From NCBI GenBank assembly GCA_963724765.1, contig CAVRVY010000003.1, positions 1,120,001-1,184,000 on the forward strand: a stretch of DNA of 64,000 nt, in the 5' to 3' direction. This document shows, piece after piece, positions 1-10,204 of this stretch. The translations under genes were made by a program, and so were the position numbers. Every line of letters starts with the position of its first letter. Positions within the stretch are counted from its first letter, which is position 1. Origin of the DNA: an uncultured delta proteobacterium. GTDB taxonomy: Bacteria; Desulfobacterota; Binatia; Binatales; Binataceae. The notes beneath the pieces are model-generated. The model saw nothing but the letters and a program-made list of their open reading frames with translations. It was not told the DNA's origin and ran no database searches.

Positions 1-361
1 AGTAGGCTTGCGCGACGGAAGTGTTGGGTTTGTGCGAGCCGGCAGGGCTGACGCCCTCGTACTTGTAGTAGATGTGCGCGGGGGTGCCGAGCGCCTGCTC
101 CAGGCGCAGCGCCCGGTACATCGGCGACGGACGCCATTGGCGGTAGATCTCCCGCACCGGCTCGGGCACGGGAATCCAGCGCTCGCGCGAGACTTCCTGC
201 TCGATGATCGCGTCCGGAAAAATCGCCGCCAGCGCCTCGGGGCCGATCGGCTTTCCGTCCGGACCAAGCGGCGGCGCTGGTGGGTTCGGCATGTCTGCCG
301 CCACGTTGTACCAGTTCTCCGCAATGTCAGACTCGTCGAGAAGAATTTTCACCTGCTGCAT
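1..361 (-). CDS. trpB2: TrpB-like (TrpB2) PLP-dependent enzyme, 5' part; runs off the window edge
   Basis: Manual translation, not in the ORF track: [25 protein letters not shown]...[38 protein letters not shown], containing the TrpB2 PLP-lysine motif GSHKPN. Confidence 0.9.
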   Translation of the reverse strand, partial: MQQVKILLDESDIAENWYNVAADMPNPPAPPLGPDGKPIGPEALAAIFPDAIIEQEVSRERWIPVPEPVREIYRQWRPSPMYRALRLEQALGTPAHIYYKYEGVSPAGSHKPNTSVAQAY

Positions 362-370
362 GGAGCACCC

Positions 371-455
371 GCGAATACTGAATACCTATATGCGAATACC
401 TGTATGAATGATCGCAAATACGTATAACGATAAAGATCCTGCGATAAAGATTGTG
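371..455. repeat. Two adjacent imperfect 14-bp tandem duplications upstream of trpB2
   Basis: gaatacctatatgc/gaatacctgtatga and cgataaagatcctg/cgataaagattgtg. Confidence 0.7.
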
Positions 456-573
456 AAAGCTTCCGATCGTTCGCGCCTGACCGCCAAAGCGCGCCTACGT
501 TAGAGCCGGGGTATGTTATAGACCTCCGCCGCGTTGGAAGCCATCGCGGCCTGCTAGGCGTACGCTCGCGCGC

Positions 574-1116
574 CTACTTGTGTTCCGCAGGCGCCAGCGC
601 AAAGCGATGCCATTCCGCCAGATGCGACAGCGAGCGCATGTTCGGCATCCGGTCGAGGTAGACTTCGCCATTTAAGTGATCGGTCTCGTGCTGGATGACG
701 CGGGCGTGAAAGTCGCTCGCGATGAAATCCAGCGCTTCGCCGCGCCGTCCCAGTCCCGTCACGCGCAACTGCTTGAAACGCGGCACCAGCCCGCGCATTT
801 CCGGGATGCTCAGGCATCCCTCCCAGTCCTCGATCGGCGCGCGTTCGATAATCGTCACTTCGGGATTGACCAGGAACGTCAGCGGCACCGACGGCATTTC
901 CGGGTAGCGCGGATGATGCTCGACCTCGAGCACGGCGACGCGCAGCGGCAGATGCACCTGCGGCGCGGCGAGTCCCACCCCGACGTACTCGCGCATCGTG
1001 TCGACCATGTCGTCGAGCAGGCGCTGGAACTCGGGCGTGTTGATGCGTTCCGGTACGATCGGCTGGGCCATCGTCCGCAGCACCGGGTAACCAAGTCGGG
1101 CGACCTTTAGAATCAT
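574..1116 (-). CDS. def: Peptide deformylase
   Basis: Motifs GVGLAAPQ, EGCLS and HETDH. Confidence 0.97.
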   Translation of the reverse strand: MILKVARLGYPVLRTMAQPIVPERINTPEFQRLLDDMVDTMREYVGVGLAAPQVHLPLRVAVLEVEHHPRYPEMPSVPLTFLVNPEVTIIERAPIEDWEGCLSIPEMRGLVPRFKQLRVTGLGRRGEALDFIASDFHARVIQHETDHLNGEVYLDRMPNMRSLSHLAEWHRFALAPAEHK

Positions 1117-1560
1117 CGCTGCTACCCCCTTCGCGTCACTTCAAAGAGGCGCGATTATCGCCCAAAGCCGCCCGCCGAGCCACCCAAAGGCGGAAATAGA
1201 GATCGCGGTGCTGGCCAGGGCGTTGAGCGCGAGCGATTCCTCGACCGTGCGCACGATGGTCAGACTCGCGGGGTCGAGCAGGAGTGCGTTCAGCGGAAAT
1301 TGGCTCGCGCCACAATTTTGCCGTTCTGACCGTTTTCCGGCCTTCGTTCAGCAGCCATCAGGCGTCAAGTCCACAGCGACCGATACACAAGACGGCCGTG
1401 CGCGACGGTGTTCCTCCAACGGGACGCCCGTCTCTGCGAAGACACACGGGCCGTACAAGGCCGGAACAGAGCGCTCCCATTCGTCGCTTCCATGGGCAGG
1501 CATCGTCGCCGCGTCGCGGATTGTGGCGCGCCGCCAAGGGCATCGCTCTTGCTTTTGTCG

Positions 1561-1723
1561 TGTCAGTGGGAGCGCGAGCAGTGGCTCGCTCCGACGCCGA
1601 TCGTCGCGCTCACAGCCTCAGCGCTGGAAGAAGACGTAAGGGCTAGCTTCGCCGCCGGTTGCGACGCGCATGTCAGCAAGCCGGTCAAAGAGTCTCCTGC
1701 TCGAGGCCATCCGCAAGGCCGTC
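1561..1723 (+). pseudogene. Relic of a response-regulator receiver (REC) domain C-terminal half
   Basis: QWEREQWLAPTPIVALTASALEEDVRASFAAGCDAHVSKPVK, then a frameshift near 1690 to SLLLEAIRKA. No N-terminal half or phospho-Asp is present. Confidence 0.75.
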
Positions 1724-1916
1724 GGAACCGTTCCGGACGGCGTAAGCGAGGCAGCCCTACCGGCGTCTCCGTGGATACTCGAAGCCGCTCCGATGCCGTC
1801 CCACTGAAGATAAGTTCTCGCGCTCGTGGACGCAGGATTTTGGCCAAAATGCGCAGAATCAAGACTTTCGGCCAATATTCGCGAATTTCACCATAGGCCA
1901 CCTTCATTTAGTTTAG

Positions 1917-1945
1917 TTGACCTTTAATAGGCTATAACGTATGCT
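1917..1945 (+). promoter_or_regulatory. Sigma70-type promoter
   Basis: TTGACC-N17-TATGCT in an AT-rich patch. Confidence 0.6.
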
Positions 1946-2096
1946 GTCGAGGGGTTGCAATGTCGACCGATGACAAACGCGCTGCGGATTGGGTCCGAAG
2001 GTCCGCCCGATGGGAAATCGGTCGAGAGCGGGAGATCGCCGGTCTCGGATCATGGGGGCCGCAAATTCATAAAGGCCGTGCCGCACCCTTTTTGAA

Positions 2097-2111
2097 TGGC
2101 ACGAATCTGGC
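2097..2111 (+). promoter_or_regulatory. Possible sigma54 -24/-12 promoter
   Basis: TGGCACGAATCTGGC (GG-N10-GC), about 70 bp upstream of the 2181 start. Confidence 0.35.
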
Positions 2112-2180
2112 CCCGATACTGCCCCGAATAGGTTCTCACGTCTCAAGCGTTGCATCGGCGGCAGCTACGAGGTTGGTCCC

Positions 2181-2600
2181 GTGAGGGCCGAAGACGCACT
2201 GCGAAAGATCGGGCTGCTCCGCAGAGTGAAAACCGAAAATGGCGCCTTGGCGGCCGAGGCGGAAAGCGCGGCTCGTCTGGTTAAAGCGCTCATGGAACGC
2301 TACGCGATCAAGGCCGAGGATATCCCTGCCGTTTCCCAGACGCCGGCATTCCGGATGACCTGGATATACTGGCAGGAATTGCTCCGCGAGTTCGGCTTGC
2401 AATTGCGCCGTTTCGGCCACCGGGGCAACGCCACGTTCGGTGAGGATAAGATCATCTACATCAATCTCAGGACCGCCCAGTGGTGGATCGAGCAGCGGTC
2501 CAGCGGTAGCTGGCAGATCAGAATCCGCGACTGGGGTGTCGAATCGCTCCGAAAATACTTTGACGAGCACGCAAGGGGATACTCGCTCTTCAAGCGCTGA
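2181..2600 (+). CDS. Hypothetical protein with a DUF2786-like N-terminus
   Basis: ALRKIGLLRRV...AAEAESAARLVKALMERYAI resembles the DUF2786 pattern. RBS-like GAGGT before the GTG. Confidence 0.65.
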   Translation: MRAEDALRKIGLLRRVKTENGALAAEAESAARLVKALMERYAIKAEDIPAVSQTPAFRMTWIYWQELLREFGLQLRRFGHRGNATFGEDKIIYINLRTAQWWIEQRSSGSWQIRIRDWGVESLRKYFDEHARGYSLFKR

Positions 2601-2839
2601 TAGCTGGAGATGCTGCGCAAGCGGATGTCCGCTTTCGCCGCAGTTTTCCCGCGACCAAGGCCTTCCCGCGAAGGCGCGCGCCCATCCTTTATAACTCTCC
2701 TGTAATCTCGTGTAACTTTCGCGATCCGGTAGGGTACTGACAGGAGCAGGGTCGCCTCCTGAGCTGTAGGGCCGAGGAGGAACGCATCGCCCCTTGTTAC
2801 GGTTGTCGGATCAAGCATGATTCAGAGGATGACCGCCCT

Positions 2840-3508
2840 ATGCCGCAGGACTACAAACAAGATCACAAACAGGATCACGAAACAGGCCATGCGAAAGTTC
2901 CCGGCCGGGGCATTTGTAGCCGGAGAAAGATACTCGCCGTGCTCGCCGCGGTTCCCTTTGCGATCGCGTGGGAGCTTGCGGGCAACGGCCGCTGGTCGGA
3001 GGCCGGCGATGACGCCACGGAATCTTCGCGCGCGGCCGACAAGGTTGCGATCATGGAGTTTTCCGATGACGGCCAGAGCAAAGGGCTGGTCATGGTCAGC
3101 AAAGTAGTGAAGCCGGACGATCAATGGCGGAAACTCCTGACGCCTGAGCAATACGACGTAACCCGCCAAAAGGGCACAGAGACTCCGTACACCAACAAGT
3201 ATGCGGAGAATCATGAGAAGGGACTGTACCGATGCATCTGCTGCGCCACGGCGCTGTTCAGTTCGGATACCAAGTTCGACTCGGGCACCGGATGGCCGAG
3301 CTTCTACCAGCCAATAGCAAAGCAGAACGTGCGCACGGAAGCCGACCGCTCGTTTTTCATGAATCGCACCGAGGTGCTGTGCGCGCGATGCGACGCGCAT
3401 CTGGGTCACGTCTTTGGCGACGGCCCAGCGCCGACCGGCCTGCGTTACTGCATGAATTCCGCGGCGCTCGATTTTGTCCCCGCCGCGCCGGCGAAGAAAC
3501 CGGACTAG
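2840..3508 (+). CDS. msrB: Peptide-methionine (R)-S-oxide reductase with a Tat-like signal
   Basis: [17 protein letters not shown] and RYCMNS motifs, two CxxC motifs, and N-terminal SRRKIL plus a hydrophobic stretch. Confidence 0.95.
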   Translation: MPQDYKQDHKQDHETGHAKVPGRGICSRRKILAVLAAVPFAIAWELAGNGRWSEAGDDATESSRAADKVAIMEFSDDGQSKGLVMVSKVVKPDDQWRKLLTPEQYDVTRQKGTETPYTNKYAENHEKGLYRCICCATALFSSDTKFDSGTGWPSFYQPIAKQNVRTEADRSFFMNRTEVLCARCDAHLGHVFGDGPAPTGLRYCMNSAALDFVPAAPAKKPD

Positions 3509-3595
3509 CTTCTACATTACGAATTAGACATTCCGGCCATCGAGAACCGCGGCTCGGTTCTACGCCCATCGCATAAGTTGGATCCCTTCTTCCTC

Positions 3596-4270
3596 TCAGG
3601 CAAGCACGCGGCGGCATATCTCCGCGGAGATGGCTTCGCGGTAACCAACGGCGCCAAGGCATCGAACCGGCGTAAGACGTTCCAGTGAACGCGCATTGGT
3701 TAGCGAGGCTGGAGAGCGCGCGCCGTCTGCGTCGTTGAGAATGTAGCCCTTGATAGGCATACCGCGGCGCGCCGCATAATCCAGCGAGAGCAAGGTGCTG
3801 TTGATGCAGCCCAGGCGGTTCGCCACTACGAGAATCAATTCGAGCCCCAGGTCCAACGCGAGGTCGGCGTAATTTTCGCGCCAGGTCAGCGGCACTGCGA
3901 TCCCGCCGGCGCCCTCAACCAGCATGACGTCGCTGTCGGCCGCCAGCCGCTCGAATGCGCTGCGGATACGGCCAAGGTCGGGAGGTTCGAGACCGTCAGT
4001 CTCCGCCGCAGCGGCAGGCGCCAGCGGCGAGGGGTAACGATGCGGGCAGATGAACTCGAGCGGAGCGTTGGATGCCGCCGCCCTGCTGAGAGCGACCGCG
4101 TCGAGCGCCGTCATCTCTCCGTCGCGCAGTTCGCAACCCGTTTCCGCCGGTTTCATTACGCCGACGCGGATGCCCCTTTGCCTGAATGCCGCAGCCAATC
4201 CGCACGCGACCGTGGTCTTGCCCACCCCCGTATCCGTTCCGCTGACGAAAAACCGCAATTTCGGCGCCAT
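3596..4270 (-). CDS. bioD: Dethiobiotin synthase
   Basis: GTDTGVGKT, KPAETG and VEGAGG motifs. Confidence 0.96.
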   Translation of the reverse strand: MAPKLRFFVSGTDTGVGKTTVACGLAAAFRQRGIRVGVMKPAETGCELRDGEMTALDAVALSRAAASNAPLEFICPHRYPSPLAPAAAAETDGLEPPDLGRIRSAFERLAADSDVMLVEGAGGIAVPLTWRENYADLALDLGLELILVVANRLGCINSTLLSLDYAARRGMPIKGYILNDADGARSPASLTNARSLERLTPVRCLGAVGYREAISAEICRRVLA

Positions 4271-4285
4271 CGAGGTCGCGTCCCA

Positions 4286-5650
4286 CTACCAGCCGCCGGT
4301 GACTTCGTTGATGCCGAGGAGCGCCGCGTCCAGAAGGAGGTCGATTTCCGCTTCAGTAATCGACAGCGGCGGCATGAAAACTATCACATCGCCCAGCGGC
4401 CTCATCAGCACGCCGGCCTTCCGCGCTGCGCGCGCGACATGGGCGCCGATCAAACGCTCGTATGGGTACGGCAATCCGCGCGAGCGATCATCGACCAGTT
4501 CGACCCCCGCCATCAGCCCCCACTGCCGGATGTCCGCAACATGCGGATGAGCCTTGAAACGCTCGGCCAAACCGGCACCGAGGCGGTTTATCAGCGGCTG
4601 AATTCGCTCCAGCACCCGTTCGTCACGAAATACCTGGAGGTTGGCGACCGCCACAGCCGCCGCGAGCGGGTTTCCCGTATAGGTGTGGCCATAATAGAAA
4701 GCGCGAAACTCCTGCGGCTCGCCGAGAAAGGCCTCGAAGATTTTCTCGCTGGAGAGCGTCGCGGCGAGCGGCAAATAGCCGCCGGTGATGCCCTTTCCTA
4801 GGCAAAGCAGGTCGGAGCTGAGTCCCACGTGTTCGGTGGCAAACAGTTTGCCGGTGCGGCCGAAGCCGGTCGCCACCTCGTCGAAGATCACCAATGCTCC
4901 GGCCGCTCGCGCCATCTCGGAAATCCCGCGAAGGAAGCGAACGGAATGCGCCCACATGCCGGCGGCGCCTTGCATCAGCGGTTCGATCACGAGTGCGGCC
5001 AGTTTCTCGCTATGTCGTTCGATTAGCTCTTGCGCGACCCGGAGCGCGGTGTTGTCGGCCTCGTCGGGAGACATGCGCTGGTAGAATCTGTGCACATGGG
5101 GTGGATCGACCTTTAGCGCTGGAAAGAGCAGCGAATGAATATGGCGATGAAAGTGCTCGCTGTAGCCGAGGCTGACCGAACCCAGGGTGTCGCCATGATA
5201 CGATTCCGTCAGAGTCAAAAATCGTTTGCGCTGGGGTTGCCCCGTCAGTTGCCAATATTGGACCGCCATCCGGGCCGCGACCTCGACCGCCTCGGCCCCG
5301 GAATCGGAATAGAACACCCGGCTGAGGCCCGGCGGCGCGATTGAGGCGAGGTCACGCGCGAGCTCTATCGCCGGACAGTTGGCAAGACCGAGCATCGTGG
5401 AATGCGCGATCCGATCGGCCTGATCGCGCAGCGCCCGATCGAGTTGCGGCTTGCGATGCCCGTGGACGTTGCACCAGAGCGACGCCACACCATCCAGGTA
5501 GCGCCTGCCTTCAACGTCAATGAGATAATTGCCGTCGCCCTGCTCGATGATGATCGGCTCATCGTTGAGCCACGTGCGCATCTGCGTGAATGGATGCCAC
5601 AAATGCTGATGGTCGGCGTGCCGGAGTTCCTCGTACCTGGCGTTCTTCAT
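4286..5650 (-). CDS. bioA: Adenosylmethionine-8-amino-7-oxononanoate aminotransferase
   Basis: WHPFTQ, YHGDT, DEVATGFGRTG and LGKGITGGY motifs; bio operon context. Confidence 0.96.
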   Translation of the reverse strand: MKNARYEELRHADHQHLWHPFTQMRTWLNDEPIIIEQGDGNYLIDVEGRRYLDGVASLWCNVHGHRKPQLDRALRDQADRIAHSTMLGLANCPAIELARDLASIAPPGLSRVFYSDSGAEAVEVAARMAVQYWQLTGQPQRKRFLTLTESYHGDTLGSVSLGYSEHFHRHIHSLLFPALKVDPPHVHRFYQRMSPDEADNTALRVAQELIERHSEKLAALVIEPLMQGAAGMWAHSVRFLRGISEMARAAGALVIFDEVATGFGRTGKLFATEHVGLSSDLLCLGKGITGGYLPLAATLSSEKIFEAFLGEPQEFRAFYYGHTYTGNPLAAAVAVANLQVFRDERVLERIQPLINRLGAGLAERFKAHPHVADIRQWGLMAGVELVDDRSRGLPYPYERLIGAHVARAARKAGVLMRPLGDVIVFMPPLSITEAEIDLLLDAALLGINEVTGGW

Positions 5651-5662
5651 CGGGGCCTAAGT

Positions 5663-6842
5663 CTATATGAGCCGCAGTTCGCGGCCAGACTGGATTATCG
5701 CGCCGGCGGCCTGGTCCAAATCGCCCCGGGAGTGATCGGCGATTGGCGTGATTCGCAGGCGCGCCGTCCCCACTGGCACGGTGGGTGGCCGAATCGCTAC
5801 CACATACACGCCGCGCTCGAACAGCCGCCGGGCCATCTCCACCGCGGCCTGCGCCTCGCCGATTATGAGCGGAAGAATCGGCGATTCCGTGCGCCCGAAT
5901 CTGAAACCCGCCGCCGCGAGCCGCTCGCGTAGATACAACGCGTTTTCCCGCAACCGCTGAATTCTTTCGGGCTCGGCGCGCATCACCTCGATCGCGGCGT
6001 CGGCGGCGGCTGCGACCGCCGGCGGAAGTCCGGTCGTATAGATGAAGCTTCGCGAGCGATTGATAAGGAAGTCGATCAAGGCTGTTGAGCCCGCGATATA
6101 GGCGCCGTACGCTCCCAAGGCTTTGCTCAAAGTTCCGACGTGTACATCGATCGCTTTCTCCAAACCGAATTCAGCCGCCAGACCGGCGCCGCCGTGGCCG
6201 ACGAGACCTACCGCATGGGGCTTCGTCGATCATAAGTGCGGCCTCGAATTCGCGCGCCAACGCGACGATCTCCCGCAACGGCGCAAAATCGCCGTCCATG
6301 CTGAAAATCGAGTCGGTGACTATCAGGCGCCGATGGGCGGAGGGCGCCTGCGCGAGCAGAGATCGAAGGTGCTCAGTATCGCAATGGCGATACACCCGCA
6401 GGTCGGCCTTGCTCAGCCGGCAGCCATCGATGAGGCTCGCGTGGTTGAGCTCGTCACTGAATATAACGTCGCCCAGGCCTGCGAGAGCGGTCAACGCGCC
6501 CAGATTGGCAAGATAGCCGGAACCGAAAACCAGCGCCGCTTCGACGCCCTTGAGCCGGGCCAGATTCCTTTCAAGCCGGTGTATGGGCTCAAGACTTCCG
6601 GCGACCAGGCGCGAGGCGCCTGCCCCCACACCGTAACGCTCCGTGGCCGCGATCGCGGCCCGCTTCACTTTCGGATGCGACGCCAGGCCGAGATAGTTGT
6701 TGGACGACAGCATAATGACGCTGCGCCCGCCATGATCGACCCGCGGCCCGTGTTCACTACCGATTACGCGGAGACTTCTGAGCAGACCATCCCGCTCCAG
6801 GTTGGCAAGGGATGCGCGAAGTTCATTTTCGAGAATGCTCAT
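5663..6842 (-). pseudogene. bioF: 8-amino-7-oxononanoate synthase split by a +1 frameshift (true pseudogene or sequencing error)
   Basis: ORFs 6171-6842 (SNNYLGL, NHASLIDG) and 5663-6163 (GTLSKALG). Removing one G from the run at 6217-6220 restores DEAHAVGLVGHGGAGLAAEFGLEK. Confidence 0.9.
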
Positions 6843-6964
6843 CAGCGCTCGATATCATGCAGCATGGGAGCCGGTGAATTAGTCTCGGTGACGGTCTCGC
6901 CGATCCCGATGATTCCGTCCGAGCATCCCGAACGGCCCGCCGCGCGCACGGTTTCGATCGTACT
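6842..6964 (-). pseudogene. bioB: Internal relic of biotin synthase (40 codons, no start codon)
   Basis: STIETVRAAGRSGCSDGIIGIGETVTET matches the BioB segment T-x-E-x-VR-x-AG-x3-CSGGI-x-G-x-GETV. Its stop overlaps the bioF ATG (TGATG). Confidence 0.75.
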
Positions 6965-6971
6965 TTATTTC

Positions 6972-7046
6972 TGGTGATCCCAGCGGGAGTCGAACCCGCG
7001 TTCCCGACGTGAGAGGCCGGTGTCCTAACCACTAGACGATGGGACC
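6972..7046 (-). tRNA. tRNA-Glu(CTC)
   Basis: GGTCCCATCGTCTAGTGG...CCGGC-CTCTCAC-GTCGG...GTTCGACTC...GGGATCACCA. Confidence 0.96.
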
Positions 7047-7079
7047 AGCCGGTGAGCGTTTCCCTTTACAAGGAAGAGT

Positions 7080-7155
7080 TGGCTGAGGAGGGAGGACTCG
7101 AACCTCCAATCCCCTGATCCAGAGTCAGGTGCCTTGCCAATTCGGCTACTCCTCA
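7080..7155 (-). tRNA. tRNA-Gln(CTG)
   Basis: TGAGGAGTAGCCGAATTGG...CCTGA-CTCTGGA-TCAGG...GTTCGAGTC...CTCCTCAGCCA. Confidence 0.96.
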
Positions 7156-7237
7156 GCGCGAGCCATCATTTATAACCGACCCAGGGACACGCGTCCATGC
7201 GCAACGCCAAGGGAATATCGGCGCACGGGCCGTCCGT

Positions 7238-7777
7238 TCAGTGCGCGGCGGAGAGCCGCAGTGTCTCGGCGTGATGGTTGACCAGCTCATCGCAGCGCTG
7301 GAGCATCGCCGGGTCCTGACAATATTGCTCGATCATGTAGCTCAGCTCGCCGAGATCGTGGACCAGCAGGCGCATGCAGCGCTCGTACTCGTCATGCTGC
7401 TGCAGCGCCTTGAGCAGATTGCCGACCTTATCCTCGAGTTCCGTCTCTTCGACCTCGAGCGCCAGCCCCAGCGCGCGCTCGATCCCGAGACCCGCATCGG
7501 CCTCGCGCGCGCCGCGCTCCAGCAGCGCGTTGAGCCGCGCCACGGTCGCGTCTTCGAGCGTCACTGGGCTAGGCCGGTCCAGCACCCCCTCGAAGTCGAG
7601 CACCGTGGCCACAAGGTCGAGCGCGCCGACGTGGCGCGCCTCGTCGCGCGCCATCCCGAACCAGAACTCATGCAGGCGCGGATTACCGGAGAAGGTTTTC
7701 GCGAAGCGCGCATAGAGCGCCATGCTCCGCCTTTCCAGCCCGATCGTGGCCTGGAGGACTTCGCGCGTCGTCGGCAT
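7238..7777 (-). CDS. Ferritin-like (rubrerythrin-type) helical bundle protein
   Basis: LERRSMALY...MARDEARH...ALEVEETE pattern. Confidence 0.7.
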   Translation of the reverse strand: MPTTREVLQATIGLERRSMALYARFAKTFSGNPRLHEFWFGMARDEARHVGALDLVATVLDFEGVLDRPSPVTLEDATVARLNALLERGAREADAGLGIERALGLALEVEETELEDKVGNLLKALQQHDEYERCMRLLVHDLGELSYMIEQYCQDPAMLQRCDELVNHHAETLRLSAAH

Positions 7778-7840
7778 CGTGAGGCCGATGATAGCCTGCG
7801 GGGCGGCACCGGGCCAAGGCCGGCGCCGCCCGCGGGAACT

Positions 7841-9409
7841 CTAGCGCGCGAGCTCAGTCGCGCGGGTTTCGCGGATGACCGTCACGCGGATTTGTCCGGG
7901 ATAGGTCATGTCAGTTTCGATCTTCTTGGCGACGTCGCGCGCCAGCATCGTCGCGTCATCGTCGGAGACCTGGCCTGGCTCGACAATGATCCGCATCTCG
8001 CGCCCGGCCTGCACCGCGAAGCATTTCTCGACGCCTTTGAACGATTTGGCGATGGTCTCGAGGTCTTCCAGCCGCTTGACGTAGCTCTCGAGCACCTCGC
8101 GCCGTGCGCCCGGCCGCGCTCCGCTAAGGGCGTCGGCCGCGTCGACCAGCGGCGCCAGGATGGTCTCGGCCTTGACCTCTTCGTGATGGGCCGCGATCGC
8201 GTTGACGATCTTCGCCGATTCGCCGTACTTGCGCGCGAGCTCAGCGCCGATCAGCGCATGCGAGCCCTCGACCTCATGCGTCAGGGCCTTGCCGATATCG
8301 TGCAGGAGCGCGGCCCGGCGCGCCTGCTTTTCGTTAAGCCCCAGCTCGGCCGCCATTGCGCCGCATAAAAACGCCGCCTCCAGCGAATGCATCAGGACGT
8401 TTTGCGCGTAGCTGTAGCGGTACTTCAGCATCCCCAGCAGCTTGACCAGCTCTGGATGGATCCCGTGGACGCCGACCTCGATGATGGCGCGCTGGCCGGC
8501 CTCGCGGATCGATTCCTCGACTTCCTGCTCGGCCTTGCGCACGACCTCTTCGATACGGCCCGGATGGATGCGGCCGTCGGAGATCAGCCGCTCGAGCGAG
8601 ACCCGCGCGATCTCTCGCCGGATCGGGTTGTGACACGAGATCACCACCGCCTCGGGCGTGTCGTCGATGATGATATCGACGCCGGTGGCGGCTTCGATGG
8701 CGCGGATGTTGCGCCCTTCACGCCCGATGATGCGGCCCTTCATCTCGTCGTTGGGCAGCGCCAGCACCGAGACGGTGCGCTCGGTAACGAATTCGCCGGC
8801 CAGCCGCTCGATTGCGATCGACACGATGCGCTTGGCGCGCCGGTCCGATTCCTCGCGCGCCTCCTCCTCGATCACGCGGATTTGGCGGGCGGCGTCATGG
8901 CGCGCCTGCCCGGTCATCTCTTCGACCACCTGGCGGCGCGCCTCCTCGCGGGTCAGATCGGCGACCGTCTCGAGCTTGGCGCGTGCCGCCTCGATCAGTT
9001 CCAGGCGCTCGGCCTCGCGGTCGGCCAGGCTTTTCTCTTTGGTGCGGAGGTTCTGGTCGCGCCGGTTAAGGTCGCCCTCGCGCCGCTCGAACGCCTCCAG
9101 GCGCTTGTCCATACTCTCTTCGCGCGCGGCCAGTTTGCTTTCCAGGGCGGTCAGCTCGCGATGCTGCTCGCGCACTTCGCGTTCGGCTTGCGCTCGCACC
9201 TCCACCAACAGGTCTTTGGCCTTTAGTTCCGCCTCCTTAATGATCAGTTCGCTTTTGGTTTTTGCATCTTCGACAATCGCCTGCGCTTCGCGTTGCGCGG
9301 CCTCGGCCTCGGCCTCGGCGCCGGGATGCCGCCGTCCGGCAAGGTAGACCGCGAAAATCATCATCGCGCCACCGATTATCAGGAACAGGACGCCCGTCAG
9401 CACGCCCAT
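7841..9409 (-). CDS. rny: Ribonuclease Y
   Basis: N-terminal TM, coiled coil, KH domain ([11 protein letters not shown]) and HD domain ([18 protein letters not shown]). Confidence 0.98.
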   Translation of the reverse strand: MGVLTGVLFLIIGGAMMIFAVYLAGRRHPGAEAEAEAAQREAQAIVEDAKTKSELIIKEAELKAKDLLVEVRAQAEREVREQHRELTALESKLAAREESMDKRLEAFERREGDLNRRDQNLRTKEKSLADREAERLELIEAARAKLETVADLTREEARRQVVEEMTGQARHDAARQIRVIEEEAREESDRRAKRIVSIAIERLAGEFVTERTVSVLALPNDEMKGRIIGREGRNIRAIEAATGVDIIIDDTPEAVVISCHNPIRREIARVSLERLISDGRIHPGRIEEVVRKAEQEVEESIREAGQRAIIEVGVHGIHPELVKLLGMLKYRYSYAQNVLMHSLEAAFLCGAMAAELGLNEKQARRAALLHDIGKALTHEVEGSHALIGAELARKYGESAKIVNAIAAHHEEVKAETILAPLVDAADALSGARPGARREVLESYVKRLEDLETIAKSFKGVEKCFAVQAGREMRIIVEPGQVSDDDATMLARDVAKKIETDMTYPGQIRVTVIRETRATELAR

Positions 9410-9414
9410 TTTGG

Positions 9415-10044
9415 TTAACCTCCTTGGTCCGCCGTTTGCGCGGCCGCGTGTCGCGCTCCGCTGGCCGAGTAAACGGCGGACTCGGTCACGATAAAATCCA
9501 GCCGCCGGTCATGAGCCTGCTCCGGCAGACGGTCAATCAACTGAAACGAATAGCCCAGCCCGACGGTCACCGCCTCGGCAGAAAGCGCGGCCAACAAGCG
9601 GTCGTAATAACCGCCACCGCGGCCCAAACGGGCGGCGGCGGGTGTAAATCCAATTCCGGGGACGCATACCAGCGCGGCGCCGAGCTCGGTCTCGAGAGCT
9701 TCGGTCTCGAGCGCCCCGGTGGCGGGCGGTTCCAGGATTCCAAAAGCGCCAGGCCGCAGGTCGCTGAGGTCGGACACGGCGCCGAGCCTGATTCGCCGGC
9801 GATCGCGATCGACAATCGGAAAATAGACCTGCCGCTGCGCACGTAGCGCGTCGGCCGCTATGAGGGCGGTTTCGACCTCGCGGCCGAGCGGTGCGTAAAG
9901 GACGATCCTGGTCGCTGCGAGATATGACGATGTGGCGAGCAGACGCTGCTGCACGCGAGCCGATAACGCGCCCGCGCGTGTGACCGATAGGCTGGAGCGC
10001 GCCTCATAGAGGACGGAGCGCAGGTATTGTTTTTCGTCCGCCAC
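9415..10044 (-). CDS. ygfA: 5-formyltetrahydrofolate cyclo-ligase
   Basis: VPGIGF...[11 protein letters not shown] and HDRRLD motifs. Start moved to GTG 10044 (VADEKQYLR). Confidence 0.92.
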   Translation of the reverse strand: MADEKQYLRSVLYEARSSLSVTRAGALSARVQQRLLATSSYLAATRIVLYAPLGREVETALIAADALRAQRQVYFPIVDRDRRRIRLGAVSDLSDLRPGAFGILEPPATGALETEALETELGAALVCVPGIGFTPAAARLGRGGGYYDRLLAALSAEAVTVGLGYSFQLIDRLPEQAHDRRLDFIVTESAVYSASGARHAAAQTADQGG

Positions 10045-10049
10045 TGCCT

Positions 10050-10204
10050 TTAGCGGCGGCGGGACCGGGCTAAGTCGGCGGTTGCGCTGTGCGATCGATC
10101 GCCCTCGGCCATTGATGTTGTCGTGGCCGTGCGGGCGTTGCTGGCTCCATAAGGTTACGCGGTCCAAGGCCGCGCCATGTGTTACTGAGAACCGGCACCG
10201 GTCC
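10050..10204 (-). ncRNA. ssrS: Probable divergent 6S RNA
   Basis: Classic zapA-ssrS-ygfA slot. CCTTGGACC..GGAGCC segment resembles 6S RNAs, with apical stem CGCCC/GGGCG plus CGGCCA/TGGCCG and GGACCGG/CCGGTCC complementarity. Ends approximate. Confidence 0.5.

Noticed and set aside
1963-2025. Hammerhead ribozyme or c-di-GMP riboswitch in the 1960 leader
   Set aside because: Core consensus not met (CCGATGA rather than CTGANGA; no GNRA/receptor arrangement). Kept only as a generic structured-leader candidate.
2711-2740. ECF-sigma promoter (TGTAAC...) upstream of msrB
   Set aside because: Only the -35-like half is suggestive, and no cognate sigma gene is nearby.
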